Part shown: positions 29,101-37,759 of the stretch, one piece after another
How positions within the stretch are numbered: position 1 is the stretch's first letter
How the letters are laid out: the number at the start of each line of letters is the position of its first letter
IMG/VR virus record: IMGVR_UViG_3300008954_000002
Location: 97,099 to 161,098 of that record
Strand: one strand, 5' to 3'
Length of the DNA: 64,000 bases
DNA from: a virus
Made by a program: the position numbers and the translations under genes
The notes under the pieces: generated by a model
Databases searched by the model: none
What the model was told of the DNA's origin: nothing
What the model saw: only the letters and a program-made list of their open reading frames with translations

Positions 29101-31390
29101 GGTCTCTAGCTACCTTTGACATGCCCTTATAGGCTGCGTCAGGGAGAGCGTCCTTATCCTTATTAATGGTGTTGAATAAACTATTCCAAGTTTTGTCTTT
29201 TGTTCCATAGCCCGCCATGAGACCCATACCGGTAACCATCTGTCTAGCTACTGCTCCTGAACCCTTCTTGAGCATGCCTCCACCAGAGAGCATTGTCTGT
29301 TCTGCTCCAAGCCCCAGCGCTTGGACCTCGCTAAGAACCCCGGCTCTACCCAGCATCTCGCGTTGCATTTCCGGTGTCATTCCCTTAGTAAAAGATTTTG
29401 TAAGTGTCGAGAAGGCTTTGGCAGAACTCGTATCTATAACTACGCTGCCACCAAAATGAATCCTAGGTGTACCCATAACATTAGAGGCACTCTCAAATGC
29501 AAGATTAAGCTCTTGCATGCCTGTGTAATGTGCAAGCTCTGCTCCTTGCCCTATCTGAGAAAGAGTATTGCCGTACTTGCCAAAGAACTTAGCTATCTCT
29601 TTCTCACCACTCACACTAATCTTACCTGCTCCAGAAGACCAAGCAGTCTGTCCTTCAAGAAGCTCATTGAGCAGCTGGGTAGATGGAAGATCCAATGCCG
29701 CAACGTCCAGTACAGACTTCTGTATTGCTTGCCTAACTCTTGCCTTGCCTCCAAGCCAAGCTTCACCTGGCCCAAGAGAAAAGACATTCTTACCACTAAG
29801 ATCCATGACGATAGCTTTATTCATACCACCTGTTAGACCATTAGACCACCCTACGTTTTGGCCAAACTGCTGAAAGGTTCTTGATGAGCCGAGTGTACTT
29901 TCTACTGGATTTGCAGGCTGGACAAACATGCCTTCCCTACCAGTAACCTGCCTAATACGCATTGTTGCTGGTAGTGTACCTCGATCTGTTAATCCAAGTG
30001 GTGTAATTTGGCTTAGAGGACTGTTGGCACCTAGTCCAATTCGCGTCCAAGAGCCTCCGCCGGGAAGCCGCTTTACTTCATGGCTGCCACCAATATCAAA
30101 AAGACCTCCCTCTGCATACGCAAAATACTTTCTAAGCTCAGTCTGTGCCTTTAGATCAAGAGCGTCCCACCCAGCGATAGTCATGCTTGAATGACTAATA
30201 GCTTGTTGTGCTAACAGGTGCCCCCTCATAGGAGAAGAACCCGGTATTGATACAGCCCTGCTTTGCGATGTGCCAAAGCTCCGTTGGAATTTGCCAACAG
30301 TATCTGCATTAATCTTGCTTGCATTGCCGCCAACAGCTTTCAGTCTATTGAGAAAGTCATTGGCAAAGAAATCAGTTACACTCCCGATGGCACCTGCCTT
30401 CTTAAGGCGACCGATACTATTTTGATCCCAGACTGCTGCACCAGGAGCACCCGTCTTTCTAAATTCGTTTAACAGCTTTGTTGCATCTGCAAATAAAATA
30501 TCAGCACTATACTGTGCAGTACTTTGAGCACCTACTCTAAAAACAGGAACGCCACTTGGGCTGTTCAGGCTTAGAGGTATGCTTGCTCTGAAGGTACTAC
30601 GGTTGCGCCCCTTGTTATATATGTGGGCATAAAGATCATCTCCTTGCCCCTGCATAATCCTGACCTCGCCAGTGCCCCTCATTGCTTTCTCAAATTGCCC
30701 CTTCCATGCTGCTATCTTGGGAGATAGTTCTCCTGAGAACTCAGTGAAATTAGGGTTGAGTCCTCTTAGATTATACGTAGGAGCCTGTAGCTGCTCTCGC
30801 ATTCCTTGGTTTCTACCCAGCAAACGATGGAATGTAGCTTGGGCTTCTGGAGTGCCACTCTCTAAAACCGTATTCACAGTACTCTGTACTATTTTGGCTG
30901 CATCCTCAGTAAGCTGAGCCTCTCCATTTCGCATAAGCTCTATCAATTTGCTTTTAATATCTTGAGCTTTTGCTGTAGAAATACCTGAAGTAGCATCATC
31001 AACAGCTTCAACAATTGTACTCAGAATTGCATTGCGAGATTCAACGCCTTCACCAAGCATTCTTGTAATGCTATCCTTGGAGGGGTTAATTAAATCTTCA
31101 GCAAACTTCTGAAACTTTACTTGGTTAATCTCCTCTCTAGCTGCACGCGCTCTTTTTAGGGAATTCCCGATACTGGCATTAGAGTCTCTAAACCCATGTG
31201 TCTTAAGCCCCAACAGAGAGCCAGGCGTATTACTCTTGAGCGCAGCAACCCCTACACCAACACCTACTGCTATAGGTGCTACACCAACAACTTGCTCAAT
31301 AAAATTGCGACTAGTATCGCCAACCTCCTGAGTGCTGAAATCTGTTCTTTGGGATTTGCCAAACAATCTAAGAAGAGGGTCAATTGCCAC
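26123..31390 (-). CDS. Putative single-chain two-barrel (DPBB) DNA-dependent RNA polymerase, probably virion-associated (1755 aa)
   Basis: DFDGD at aa 1304-1308 (nt 27467-27481) within KGIKLNLSFAAGMIGDFDGDNYQLFFP, colinear with beta' [27 protein letters not shown]. Upstream TILGRDPVL resembles beta' VLLNRAPTL. Candidate lysine pair K658/K665. GTG start with GGAG SD. Confidence 0.7.
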   Translation of the reverse strand: MAIDPLLRLFGKSQRTDFSTQEVGDTSRNFIEQVVGVAPIAVGVGVGVAALKSNTPGSLLGLKTHGFRDSNASIGNSLKRARAAREEINQVKFQKFAEDLINPSKDSITRMLGEGVESRNAILSTIVEAVDDATSGISTAKAQDIKSKLIELMRNGEAQLTEDAAKIVQSTVNTVLESGTPEAQATFHRLLGRNQGMREQLQAPTYNLRGLNPNFTEFSGELSPKIAAWKGQFEKAMRGTGEVRIMQGQGDDLYAHIYNKGRNRSTFRASIPLSLNSPSGVPVFRVGAQSTAQYSADILFADATKLLNEFRKTGAPGAAVWDQNSIGRLKKAGAIGSVTDFFANDFLNRLKAVGGNASKINADTVGKFQRSFGTSQSRAVSIPGSSPMRGHLLAQQAISHSSMTIAGWDALDLKAQTELRKYFAYAEGGLFDIGGSHEVKRLPGGGSWTRIGLGANSPLSQITPLGLTDRGTLPATMRIRQVTGREGMFVQPANPVESTLGSSRTFQQFGQNVGWSNGLTGGMNKAIVMDLSGKNVFSLGPGEAWLGGKARVRQAIQKSVLDVAALDLPSTQLLNELLEGQTAWSSGAGKISVSGEKEIAKFFGKYGNTLSQIGQGAELAHYTGMQELNLAFESASNVMGTPRIHFGGSVVIDTSSAKAFSTLTKSFTKGMTPEMQREMLGRAGVLSEVQALGLGAEQTMLSGGGMLKKGSGAVARQMVTGMGLMAGYGTKDKTWNSLFNTINKDKDALPDAAYKGMSKVARDRAYLENMASLTLKKMLALPNAEARTGQMGMVMAGLYKHADLYGFGAKGEAQTAVANLIKGEAGPLAGKIIASAKRGTALGADTITPGPLSQILRSAESSIEPRYYQFLQHQVANLGMPANEANDFMAMVLARKRGAAEHLKIVQDLSKMQLTLSGREGVVAGYKASQKLTTIGVDAFLEGSRDTRAMTELLAQHKEGFILDLGGVRDKTGRAAEAALGTRQIRIAGGNTMALMRGVEIKTAEGPKPIHGEYTRKIHLLSDNLNTIRQSVDAGANADLLREWKAGISELFGNTYNSVLRGKLRGSSYGLGASLQIAGEFPTTELTKAQLSRTQLAFKRSSGSAVFADTQRFLDSMRGYMGGATASYEAVGMTGGKAKGAAMEEMGSRFQSYFLGMEARLTEGTETILGRDPVLGPGHVAPAQTFRYAPETGRADVMFGKFTRGTPEGKAALARFEAATGRRPSSFQEMRRMALPGTEKGLRRKAGGAMGDFFQSMARNISALAPTEGGGKVYIPNFEVDVHYNNRKKGIKLNLSFAAGMIGDFDGDNYQLFFPSAKKGTSGYFQKSSAAKEMFSNEALRYRAEVGAIMEEASEVIKKTAQMEVSALGELSPQEARYHEVMKEATAKDIGRIDVALNKLRLGTVQTSAEMGYSAAQQGLAGLTAIEEIVAIKAKHHAHYKNMAGDLIEATNEMIRTGGSEAGSLKYQKVLEDIFEGSAINTKEGLRITGFNKDMLAQQLGGLGGTGEEAKIMQQLNKSLLQEGRAVSVGSLVESGRMAARYVHETGAEFSGTAYQNAQMFKGEKAATRRAFALQVEQRHAMEAGLALETTTGLAGTMDEIAATTNRITSATQKLDKRFLGPVAAGVGITLALKGVMGSEGYSPTPMLSAGEVMDSGVATAIRRGELFAPREDNMPTPESLGGGPHNDMMHRPVNTGETYFSRQNAYQIRGEVPSTSGVRASMDFLAGIRGSGSIRINDTRRPLTPNYIDRLMGD

Positions 31391-31405
31391 AAGTTACTCC
31401 AATGA

Positions 31406-34400
31406 TTACATAGCTCTAGCGAGTAAACTTAGTATATCTGATTCTCTTGAATCATTATAGTGCAGTTGGGCTTGAGTCTGCCCACCCCAATAGCCATGCA
31501 CACTCATATCTCTAGAGCCTCGCTGGTGCTCAGACCTAGGCAAGTTATACATAAGCTCTCCTATGGAGTCTCTATGAAGGGGATGATCTTGGTAGAGGAA
31601 ATCAGTTGAGCCTTCTAGGTAGGGCTTGCGAGCGAGCATTCTCACATCCCTTTGCCAGCCACCATACTCATGAACATCTCTACCAAGATCATCCGTATAT
31701 TTGATCTTGATATCTCTTAAATCTACATCTGCATTATGCCCTATCCAGTCTTCGGAAGGCAAAGGCTTATCATAGAAATATCCTTGCAGCTCATTAAAAC
31801 GACTCGCTAAGTAAGCTTCATTAACCTGTGTTGCAGAGCCTGCATGCAACCCAGGATCGCCCCTATCCATTCTTTCCCATACTGTCTGATAGAGGTGGGC
31901 CTGATCCGTAGGAACCATTTCAAGGATTCTTTGCCTATCTTCTCCCTGTGCAAAAGTGAATGCATCATAAAACTTCTTTTCTCCCTCTGGCATTGCTGCA
32001 TAGATGCCAAGCGGATTACCTTGAGGGTTGACACCAAAGCGAGTTTGCTGAGCCCTATAAAGGGCCTGACGCTTCTCATTGCCCTGAGACTTTTGAGCAA
32101 TTGTCATCCACTTCATAAACTCTAGCTTGTCAAAATACTCATCGGTCTGACGCGTCTCTTCTACATGACCGGGGATTCCCCTATAGCCCATAAGATTAGC
32201 AGCCTGATAAGCAGCTGGCCTAAACCAGTCACGTACTGGCTTGTCCCAAAACGCCATATTCGTGCCGTACAAATTTGTCCTTTCATATTCCTCTATAGCG
32301 TCTCTATTCCCCATCAGCTTAGACATAGGTCTAAAGCCGAAAGGCATCATATACTCAGCGGGTTCAACAATAGCTCTAAGCGATCTTTGTCCAACATGCC
32401 AAGCAGCTTGTGTAGCTTCAGAAAGCAGTGGAACTTCAATTGCGTTATCATGAGTTGGTAAGAAACCGTCACCGATTAGCTTCTTATTAAGTCTTGTATC
32501 AATAAGATCAATGAAGTCGTTTGTATTCCTGCCTGTCAATCCAGCGGCACGAGCTTTATATATCTGAGCTCTTGTGGTTCTAAACTCAGGTGACCAATCT
32601 GCCACATCAGCTAGGATGGCATATCGATAAGCTATTGGATACTTTTCAGGATCAACTCCACGCAGCTCTGGATGTATAGCTTGGTACCCAGCCCCAGGCA
32701 ATCTTACATCAGCATCAGGAATAGTTCTGTACGGATCACCCATCTTGTACCTTTGGGGCAACCATGAAGGCATGGTATTTAAGATAGGATTATATTCGTC
32801 AACCTCTGGTCTTATTCTAGGCAGAAAGCGCCTTGCAAGCTCTGAGGTAAAGAAGGCACCCCCCAAGTCCATACCCCAGAAGGCCTCTCTAAGATCGGTA
32901 ATGGAACTTGCACTAGACAATACAGAGCGCTGACTGAAGAATGTCTCTGAGCCAGTCAGCTTCTTTGTTATCACATTGGAAAGAAATCCTGTTAATCCTT
33001 CCATCTCTCTAAAGCGATAACTTGATGCACCTGCTACAAAGCCAGGCGTATATGGGGACATTGGCTTGCCTGGCGTTAGCCCGCCAAGCTCATAGTTAGG
33101 ACCCTTATACTCAGGGGCATGAGCGAACTCTAACTGGTCTCCTTGGCCTGTACGAACCCAGTCTGGGACATGCATGAGTTTGGGCGGCTTAATAACTCGT
33201 CCAATAGTTGCCGCTAGAGCAGGCCCAATCATTGGGACGTCTTCAAATGCACTACCCGTAATTGTATGGGGCCTATTCCAATAGTTTCTTCTCTCAAGCT
33301 CATAAGTAAAGTTCTTTCGTAAGAACTTCCCAAGAGGACTAATGCTGTCTTCATCCTCTCCCCAGCGTGCTCTCTCTGAAGCCCTGCTTCTCCAAAGAGC
33401 AAACCGGTGAGGTCTCATATACTTTGTTTCACCTCCCTCAATATCTCCACCACCACCTTCCCAGAACCGACTTGCTCTTACTTCAATCTGTTGCTTCCCA
33501 GAGTATATGTCCATGAGATCGCTGGGGTTCTCTAGGCTGCCAATACCACCAGTAGTAAGCAATCTGTGAGCTGCTGCGCCGGCGGCAAACAATACTCCTA
33601 AGCGACCGATACGAGGCTTAAATCCAGTCTCCTCAAAAAGTCTTGTAAGATACTCTTGACCTACAAGCTCCTTGCTTAAATTTGCTCCAAAGAACCCGTG
33701 CATGGCACGGCTGCTAAATGATTCTGCGACTCTCGCTGCTCTAGCTACAAAACCTGTCCTTCCAGAATAGTGTTTGTCTATCCGTTTTAACGATTGCTGT
33801 AGGGAAGCATTGAGTGGGTTATTTTCAAGAAAGGCTTTATCTTGTGCAGTAGCTCCACTTCGTTCAAGCTGGAGCCTATCCATAAGAGCACCCCATCGCC
33901 CTTGTTCTTTGGCAGACTTCTGCATAGCAAAGAACAGCCGATTTCTTCTAACTGTTTTGGGTAGCTTGCCCTCCATGATTTGATTAGCTTTTTCTGCAGA
34001 GACATAGCCTTCATTAATTGCTACATTATGGACACTGCTCCAATACCTATCTCTAGCAGAGAGGCCAACAATTCCAGCACCCTTGACACTGCTTGCTTCT
34101 AGTGCAGCCTTTTGGAAACCAATCCTGCCATCAAGAATTCCACTTAGTCGGAAGGGTTCCTGTCCATACCTTTCAACAAGATGTGCAGGCAAACCTAAAT
34201 ACCCAGCAGCAGCCAATGATAAGCCGGCAAAGGCACTAGTCTTCCAATCGGTTATCCCTGGGGCAAAACCCTCCAGTGTCCTTCGGTATATATTAAGCCC
34301 AGTAAATTTCCCAACGGCAGCTAGACCTACTTGGCCAGTTGCCCAAGTATCAGCAATACCTTGTCCAGTACCCTTGTCAAAACCAGGCAATAGCATTTGC

Positions 34401-35569
34401 CCAAAGAAAGCACCTACGCCTACCATCATGGAGGCGCGCTGACTTCCTCCAAACTTCTTAGTAAGTGCAGCGGCACCTGCTGCCATTCCTCCTGACACAA
34501 GTGCATGCCCAGGAAGTCCACCCTGCCTTCTTATCCAGTCTAGCTGCTTAACAGCCAGAATAGCACCACCAACCTGTGCCCCCTTAATGCCAAACCGTGT
34601 AAACATCTCCATGCCTGTTCCAGGACGAACAGCAAGTGACATTCCAAGATGCTTTTCAAACGATTGTGCTACACCACCTAAGAGTGGCAGCTGATCCATC
34701 GTTGTTCCAATAAGCCTATTAAGTCTTTGAGCTCCAAAAGCATAGAGCGATCTGAAATAAGTACTTCTATTAGATAGATCAGAAAGGTTTCGTAGCGGAC
34801 CTCCAACTGAAGGCATTGGCATGAAGCGAGAAATCTCTCCAGATACCGAGTCAGAGAATACTCTTCTAAATTGGTTAGGAGACCACTCTTTAAAAAACCC
34901 GCCAGCCTGCAGAACCGATTGGTAAGCAGGAGTCATCTTGGGTTGCTTGAGGCCTACTTGTGCAGCTTGGGCAACGTCTTTAGCTGATACTGGAGTAGTC
35001 TCAAATAAAGAAGCAGCGCTGGATACTAGTTCCCAAAGGCCTTTAGTTCCTTTGCGTGCAAAAAGACTACCTCTAGCGGCTGAGCGGGCATCTCTCTCAA
35101 AGAGGAGCTCGAACCCTTCGTCGCCAAACCCTCTGTTGATGCCTAACTTGTCAAAAGTCTCCCCACCAAAGAACTTCCTAACAACTTGCTCTGTCTCACC
35201 AGCGCCAAGAACATCTTTGCCCCAGTGCACTCCAACTACATCTCTAGTTAAGAGCTTACCTCCTGGCCCCATAAACTGTTGAGCAGCATACTTCTTAGCT
35301 CCCTGCATCCCCGAAGATACAAAGGGCGACATCCATTCGGCAGCACCAAAGGTATTGCCAAAACTCCATGGGGTGCTAGACGCAGCATGTCTTACTATTC
35401 TTTGAAGATCATCAATAACTCGACCGCCACTAGTAAGCGGACGTGTAGTTGCATAAAGCCCAGCTCCACCTAAGGCAGCGGTGATAGCAAGATTGAAAGC
35501 TCTCCCTGAGGGGGGATTCCACGGAGTGGCTTCCTCAGAAGTCCACCTATGCCCAGGGTGATAAGCCAC
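31406..35569 (-). CDS. Tape-measure-like / ejected virion protein (1387 aa)
   Basis: First long ORF after the tube and chaperone genes. Helical, Gly/Ala-rich and basic, with several hydrophobic segments (e.g. LAITAALGGAGLYA, ASMMVGVGAFFGQMLL, AFAGLSLAAAGYLGL). Confidence 0.55.
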   Translation of the reverse strand: MAYHPGHRWTSEEATPWNPPSGRAFNLAITAALGGAGLYATTRPLTSGGRVIDDLQRIVRHAASSTPWSFGNTFGAAEWMSPFVSSGMQGAKKYAAQQFMGPGGKLLTRDVVGVHWGKDVLGAGETEQVVRKFFGGETFDKLGINRGFGDEGFELLFERDARSAARGSLFARKGTKGLWELVSSAASLFETTPVSAKDVAQAAQVGLKQPKMTPAYQSVLQAGGFFKEWSPNQFRRVFSDSVSGEISRFMPMPSVGGPLRNLSDLSNRSTYFRSLYAFGAQRLNRLIGTTMDQLPLLGGVAQSFEKHLGMSLAVRPGTGMEMFTRFGIKGAQVGGAILAVKQLDWIRRQGGLPGHALVSGGMAAGAAALTKKFGGSQRASMMVGVGAFFGQMLLPGFDKGTGQGIADTWATGQVGLAAVGKFTGLNIYRRTLEGFAPGITDWKTSAFAGLSLAAAGYLGLPAHLVERYGQEPFRLSGILDGRIGFQKAALEASSVKGAGIVGLSARDRYWSSVHNVAINEGYVSAEKANQIMEGKLPKTVRRNRLFFAMQKSAKEQGRWGALMDRLQLERSGATAQDKAFLENNPLNASLQQSLKRIDKHYSGRTGFVARAARVAESFSSRAMHGFFGANLSKELVGQEYLTRLFEETGFKPRIGRLGVLFAAGAAAHRLLTTGGIGSLENPSDLMDIYSGKQQIEVRASRFWEGGGGDIEGGETKYMRPHRFALWRSRASERARWGEDEDSISPLGKFLRKNFTYELERRNYWNRPHTITGSAFEDVPMIGPALAATIGRVIKPPKLMHVPDWVRTGQGDQLEFAHAPEYKGPNYELGGLTPGKPMSPYTPGFVAGASSYRFREMEGLTGFLSNVITKKLTGSETFFSQRSVLSSASSITDLREAFWGMDLGGAFFTSELARRFLPRIRPEVDEYNPILNTMPSWLPQRYKMGDPYRTIPDADVRLPGAGYQAIHPELRGVDPEKYPIAYRYAILADVADWSPEFRTTRAQIYKARAAGLTGRNTNDFIDLIDTRLNKKLIGDGFLPTHDNAIEVPLLSEATQAAWHVGQRSLRAIVEPAEYMMPFGFRPMSKLMGNRDAIEEYERTNLYGTNMAFWDKPVRDWFRPAAYQAANLMGYRGIPGHVEETRQTDEYFDKLEFMKWMTIAQKSQGNEKRQALYRAQQTRFGVNPQGNPLGIYAAMPEGEKKFYDAFTFAQGEDRQRILEMVPTDQAHLYQTVWERMDRGDPGLHAGSATQVNEAYLASRFNELQGYFYDKPLPSEDWIGHNADVDLRDIKIKYTDDLGRDVHEYGGWQRDVRMLARKPYLEGSTDFLYQDHPLHRDSIGELMYNLPRSEHQRGSRDMSVHGYWGGQTQAQLHYNDSRESDILSLLARAM

Positions 35570-35571
35570 CC

Positions 35572-36234
35572 TTACCCTCTGCCAGCTGCTGATAGCTTCC
35601 TAAGCTGTCCCCTAGATAGGTTGCCAGCCTCAGCCTCTTCAAGAGCAAGAGGACCCATTGCGCGACGAATATGGGCATTCTCTTTCTTGAAGTTAATGTC
35701 AGGGCCACTAGGTTGTCTTTGCATATCCTCTGAAGACTTAATCTCTTTAAGGTTTAGCCTTTCGTAATCAGGCCTCTGCTTGCTTAGGACATTCTCTGCT
35801 ACTGCAAAATGCTTTAACAAAGTCATCCTATCCCAAGCATCCATCTCATCTAAAGTGTATTTAAAAACGCTTAGAATGGCTGCTCTCATATACTCAAATA
35901 CAGTGTCTTGTGGATACACTGTTCTCATTGCTGCAATGTCATGTACGAGAGAATCTGAATCACAATCTCCAGAGAGATACATAACTAGATTCCCAATACT
36001 TATTGCTATACCAGCAGGAAGAGTGTCGGGTAAAGCATTGTAGTTGCCAATATAGCAGCGCTCAAATACAGACTCGGCAATAGTGAACGGGGACACAAGG
36101 CCCCCGTCCCTAATACTGCGAAAGACTTTGTACTCTTTAAGAGTTAGAAGCCTGTATGAAAACGATACATTATAATCAGGGATGTGTGTACGATATACAT
36201 TCCCGTCTGCATCTAAGATTGCGTCTACGTTCAT
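35572..36234 (-). CDS. Putative tail assembly chaperone (220 aa)
   Basis: Positioned between the tube genes and the tape-measure-like gene. Contains a YRLLTLKEY motif. Confidence 0.5.
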   Translation of the reverse strand: MNVDAILDADGNVYRTHIPDYNVSFSYRLLTLKEYKVFRSIRDGGLVSPFTIAESVFERCYIGNYNALPDTLPAGIAISIGNLVMYLSGDCDSDSLVHDIAAMRTVYPQDTVFEYMRAAILSVFKYTLDEMDAWDRMTLLKHFAVAENVLSKQRPDYERLNLKEIKSSEDMQRQPSGPDINFKKENAHIRRAMGPLALEEAEAGNLSRGQLRKLSAAGRG

Positions 36235-36243
36235 GACGCCTCA

Positions 36244-37122
36244 TTAGAGTGAAGTTGTGAGTAGCATCGCCTGCTGAGGAGTAAGGAAGTAAGAGTTGAG
36301 TAGGATAACTTGGTAAAGACTATCCATAACTCCTGCCCTAGAATTATAGAAGAACTCTAGAGTGAGGGGGCGAGGCCACAATACAGAATGCTGCACAACC
36401 TTCTCCTTTAGTGTGTCTTCAAGATCAGTGCCTGCACTGCCTGCTTCTTGCATCTTGGCAATTACTTCCTGAATCTTCTTCCACTGTCCACGCTTTAGAT
36501 GAGTAAAGATATAAACATCACCTTCACCAAGCGCTAATACGTGGACGCCATTCTCACCATACTCAATCTTCCACTTAGCAATTTGTGCTTCGGTGGGAGC
36601 GCCTTCTGTATTTCCGAGCAGTTCCATTATCTGCTCACGCATACCGTCTCCCACATCAAGGCCCTCAGCACTAGTGTCGGTGGCAACTGGCTGTGTTCCT
36701 TTCAGAGTAGTAAGCTGCTGTTCTAGTGCGGCAAGTTCTGCGTCTAAGCTATCGTGAGTAACAGTTTCTTGGACGGGCATAGTGCTCCTTTTCTTCTCTT
36801 CTATAATCTCTGCTCTTGCTTCATCAGAGCCAACGCGAGATACACTTCTTGGTACTCGCTGAGTAGCAGTTTTTATCTGCTTCCTAGCTTTGTTTCGTGG
36901 GGGTGGTGTAGGGGCTGTAGTCTGTGGAAGCGTCTGTGCAACAACTTCTGCCGATTCTTCCAATGCATAAGTCTCTGACAACTCTTCATTGAGCAGTTCC
37001 ATGTTGTCAAGAATGTCATCAGTTCCAATAGAGATGCCATCAAGGGCCTCTACTTGCTCTTGGCTAACAGTGCCTCCAACAGCAATAGTGTGTGGGTCTG
37101 TTTTTTGTACAGATATGCTCAT
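36244..37122 (-). CDS. Putative tail assembly chaperone (292 aa; possible internal start at 36780)
   Basis: Position, plus QIAKWKIEYG..VHVL...YIFTHLKRGQWK...VLWP of the type seen in tail chaperones. Acidic, disordered N-terminus. Confidence 0.55.
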   Translation of the reverse strand: MSISVQKTDPHTIAVGGTVSQEQVEALDGISIGTDDILDNMELLNEELSETYALEESAEVVAQTLPQTTAPTPPPRNKARKQIKTATQRVPRSVSRVGSDEARAEIIEEKKRSTMPVQETVTHDSLDAELAALEQQLTTLKGTQPVATDTSAEGLDVGDGMREQIMELLGNTEGAPTEAQIAKWKIEYGENGVHVLALGEGDVYIFTHLKRGQWKKIQEVIAKMQEAGSAGTDLEDTLKEKVVQHSVLWPRPLTLEFFYNSRAGVMDSLYQVILLNSYFLTPQQAMLLTTSL

Positions 37123-37137
37123 TTAATTTAAACTCCG

Positions 37138-37758
37138 TTATGAGAGTACCGTAGTTTCTAAGTCTCGTGCAAAGAATGGGTACTCTTCTAGTATAACATT
37201 TTCATCTATTTGTATAGCGGATCCTCTGCCAATAAGATAGGCAGATATTAACGTTGTTTTATATTTACCACCAAATACTATATCTATGTTTATATTATGT
37301 AAATCTAATGGGTCTGCGTTAGCATGAGTAACTGCTCGCCCTGGCTCCTCGCCCCACCATTTGTTTTTAAGAGACTTAGTATACTCTTCCCAGGCTTCAC
37401 TATCCGTATCTGCTGATGTTGCTAAAGCAGTAACACTGCTACTAGTTACATTCTCAAAGAAGGCAGGGTCTGAAAAAGTATCACTAGGATCAGCTGTAGC
37501 CGGAACCCCACTATTGGTTTTCCCAGCAATAATAGCACCATACAGATAGTTAGGATGCACCCAGTTTATTGCAATACTACCTTGTATGATTCTTTGTCCA
37601 GGAGCTACCGCATCAAAGAGTCTAGAAGAGTATCCATATATAGGTACGCTTGAATCTATTAGATTGTAAGAGATAGCAGCTGCTTCAATTAGAGCTTGGC
37701 CTTCAACAGCTAGAAGAATATTAGCCCCACAAAAGTATTCGTATCCATAAGAAGGCAT
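37138..37758 (-). CDS. Tail tube-like protein (tube initiator/paralog), 206 aa
   Basis: YFCGANI...AISYNL....PIYGYSS..FDAVAPGQRIIQGSI...ILEEYPFFARD aligns by eye with the tube protein at 38807..39448. Confidence 0.65.
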   Translation of the reverse strand: MPSYGYEYFCGANILLAVEGQALIEAAAISYNLIDSSVPIYGYSSRLFDAVAPGQRIIQGSIAINWVHPNYLYGAIIAGKTNSGVPATADPSDTFSDPAFFENVTSSSVTALATSADTDSEAWEEYTKSLKNKWWGEEPGRAVTHANADPLDLHNINIDIVFGGKYKTTLISAYLIGRGSAIQIDENVILEEYPFFARDLETTVLS

Positions 37759-37759
37759 A

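Noticed and set aside
26123-31390. Calling the 1755-aa ORF simply the tape measure protein
   Set aside because: Position and Gly/Ala content fit, but the DFDGD motif with colinear beta'-like flanks and the upstream R-x-P-x-L argue for a polymerase fold. The 1387-aa gene already occupies the post-chaperone slot.
36234-36300. Programmed -1 frameshift joining the two tail chaperone genes
   Set aside because: There is no X XXY YYZ slippery heptamer near the end of the 292-aa ORF, and the downstream gene has its own GAGG SD and ATG.
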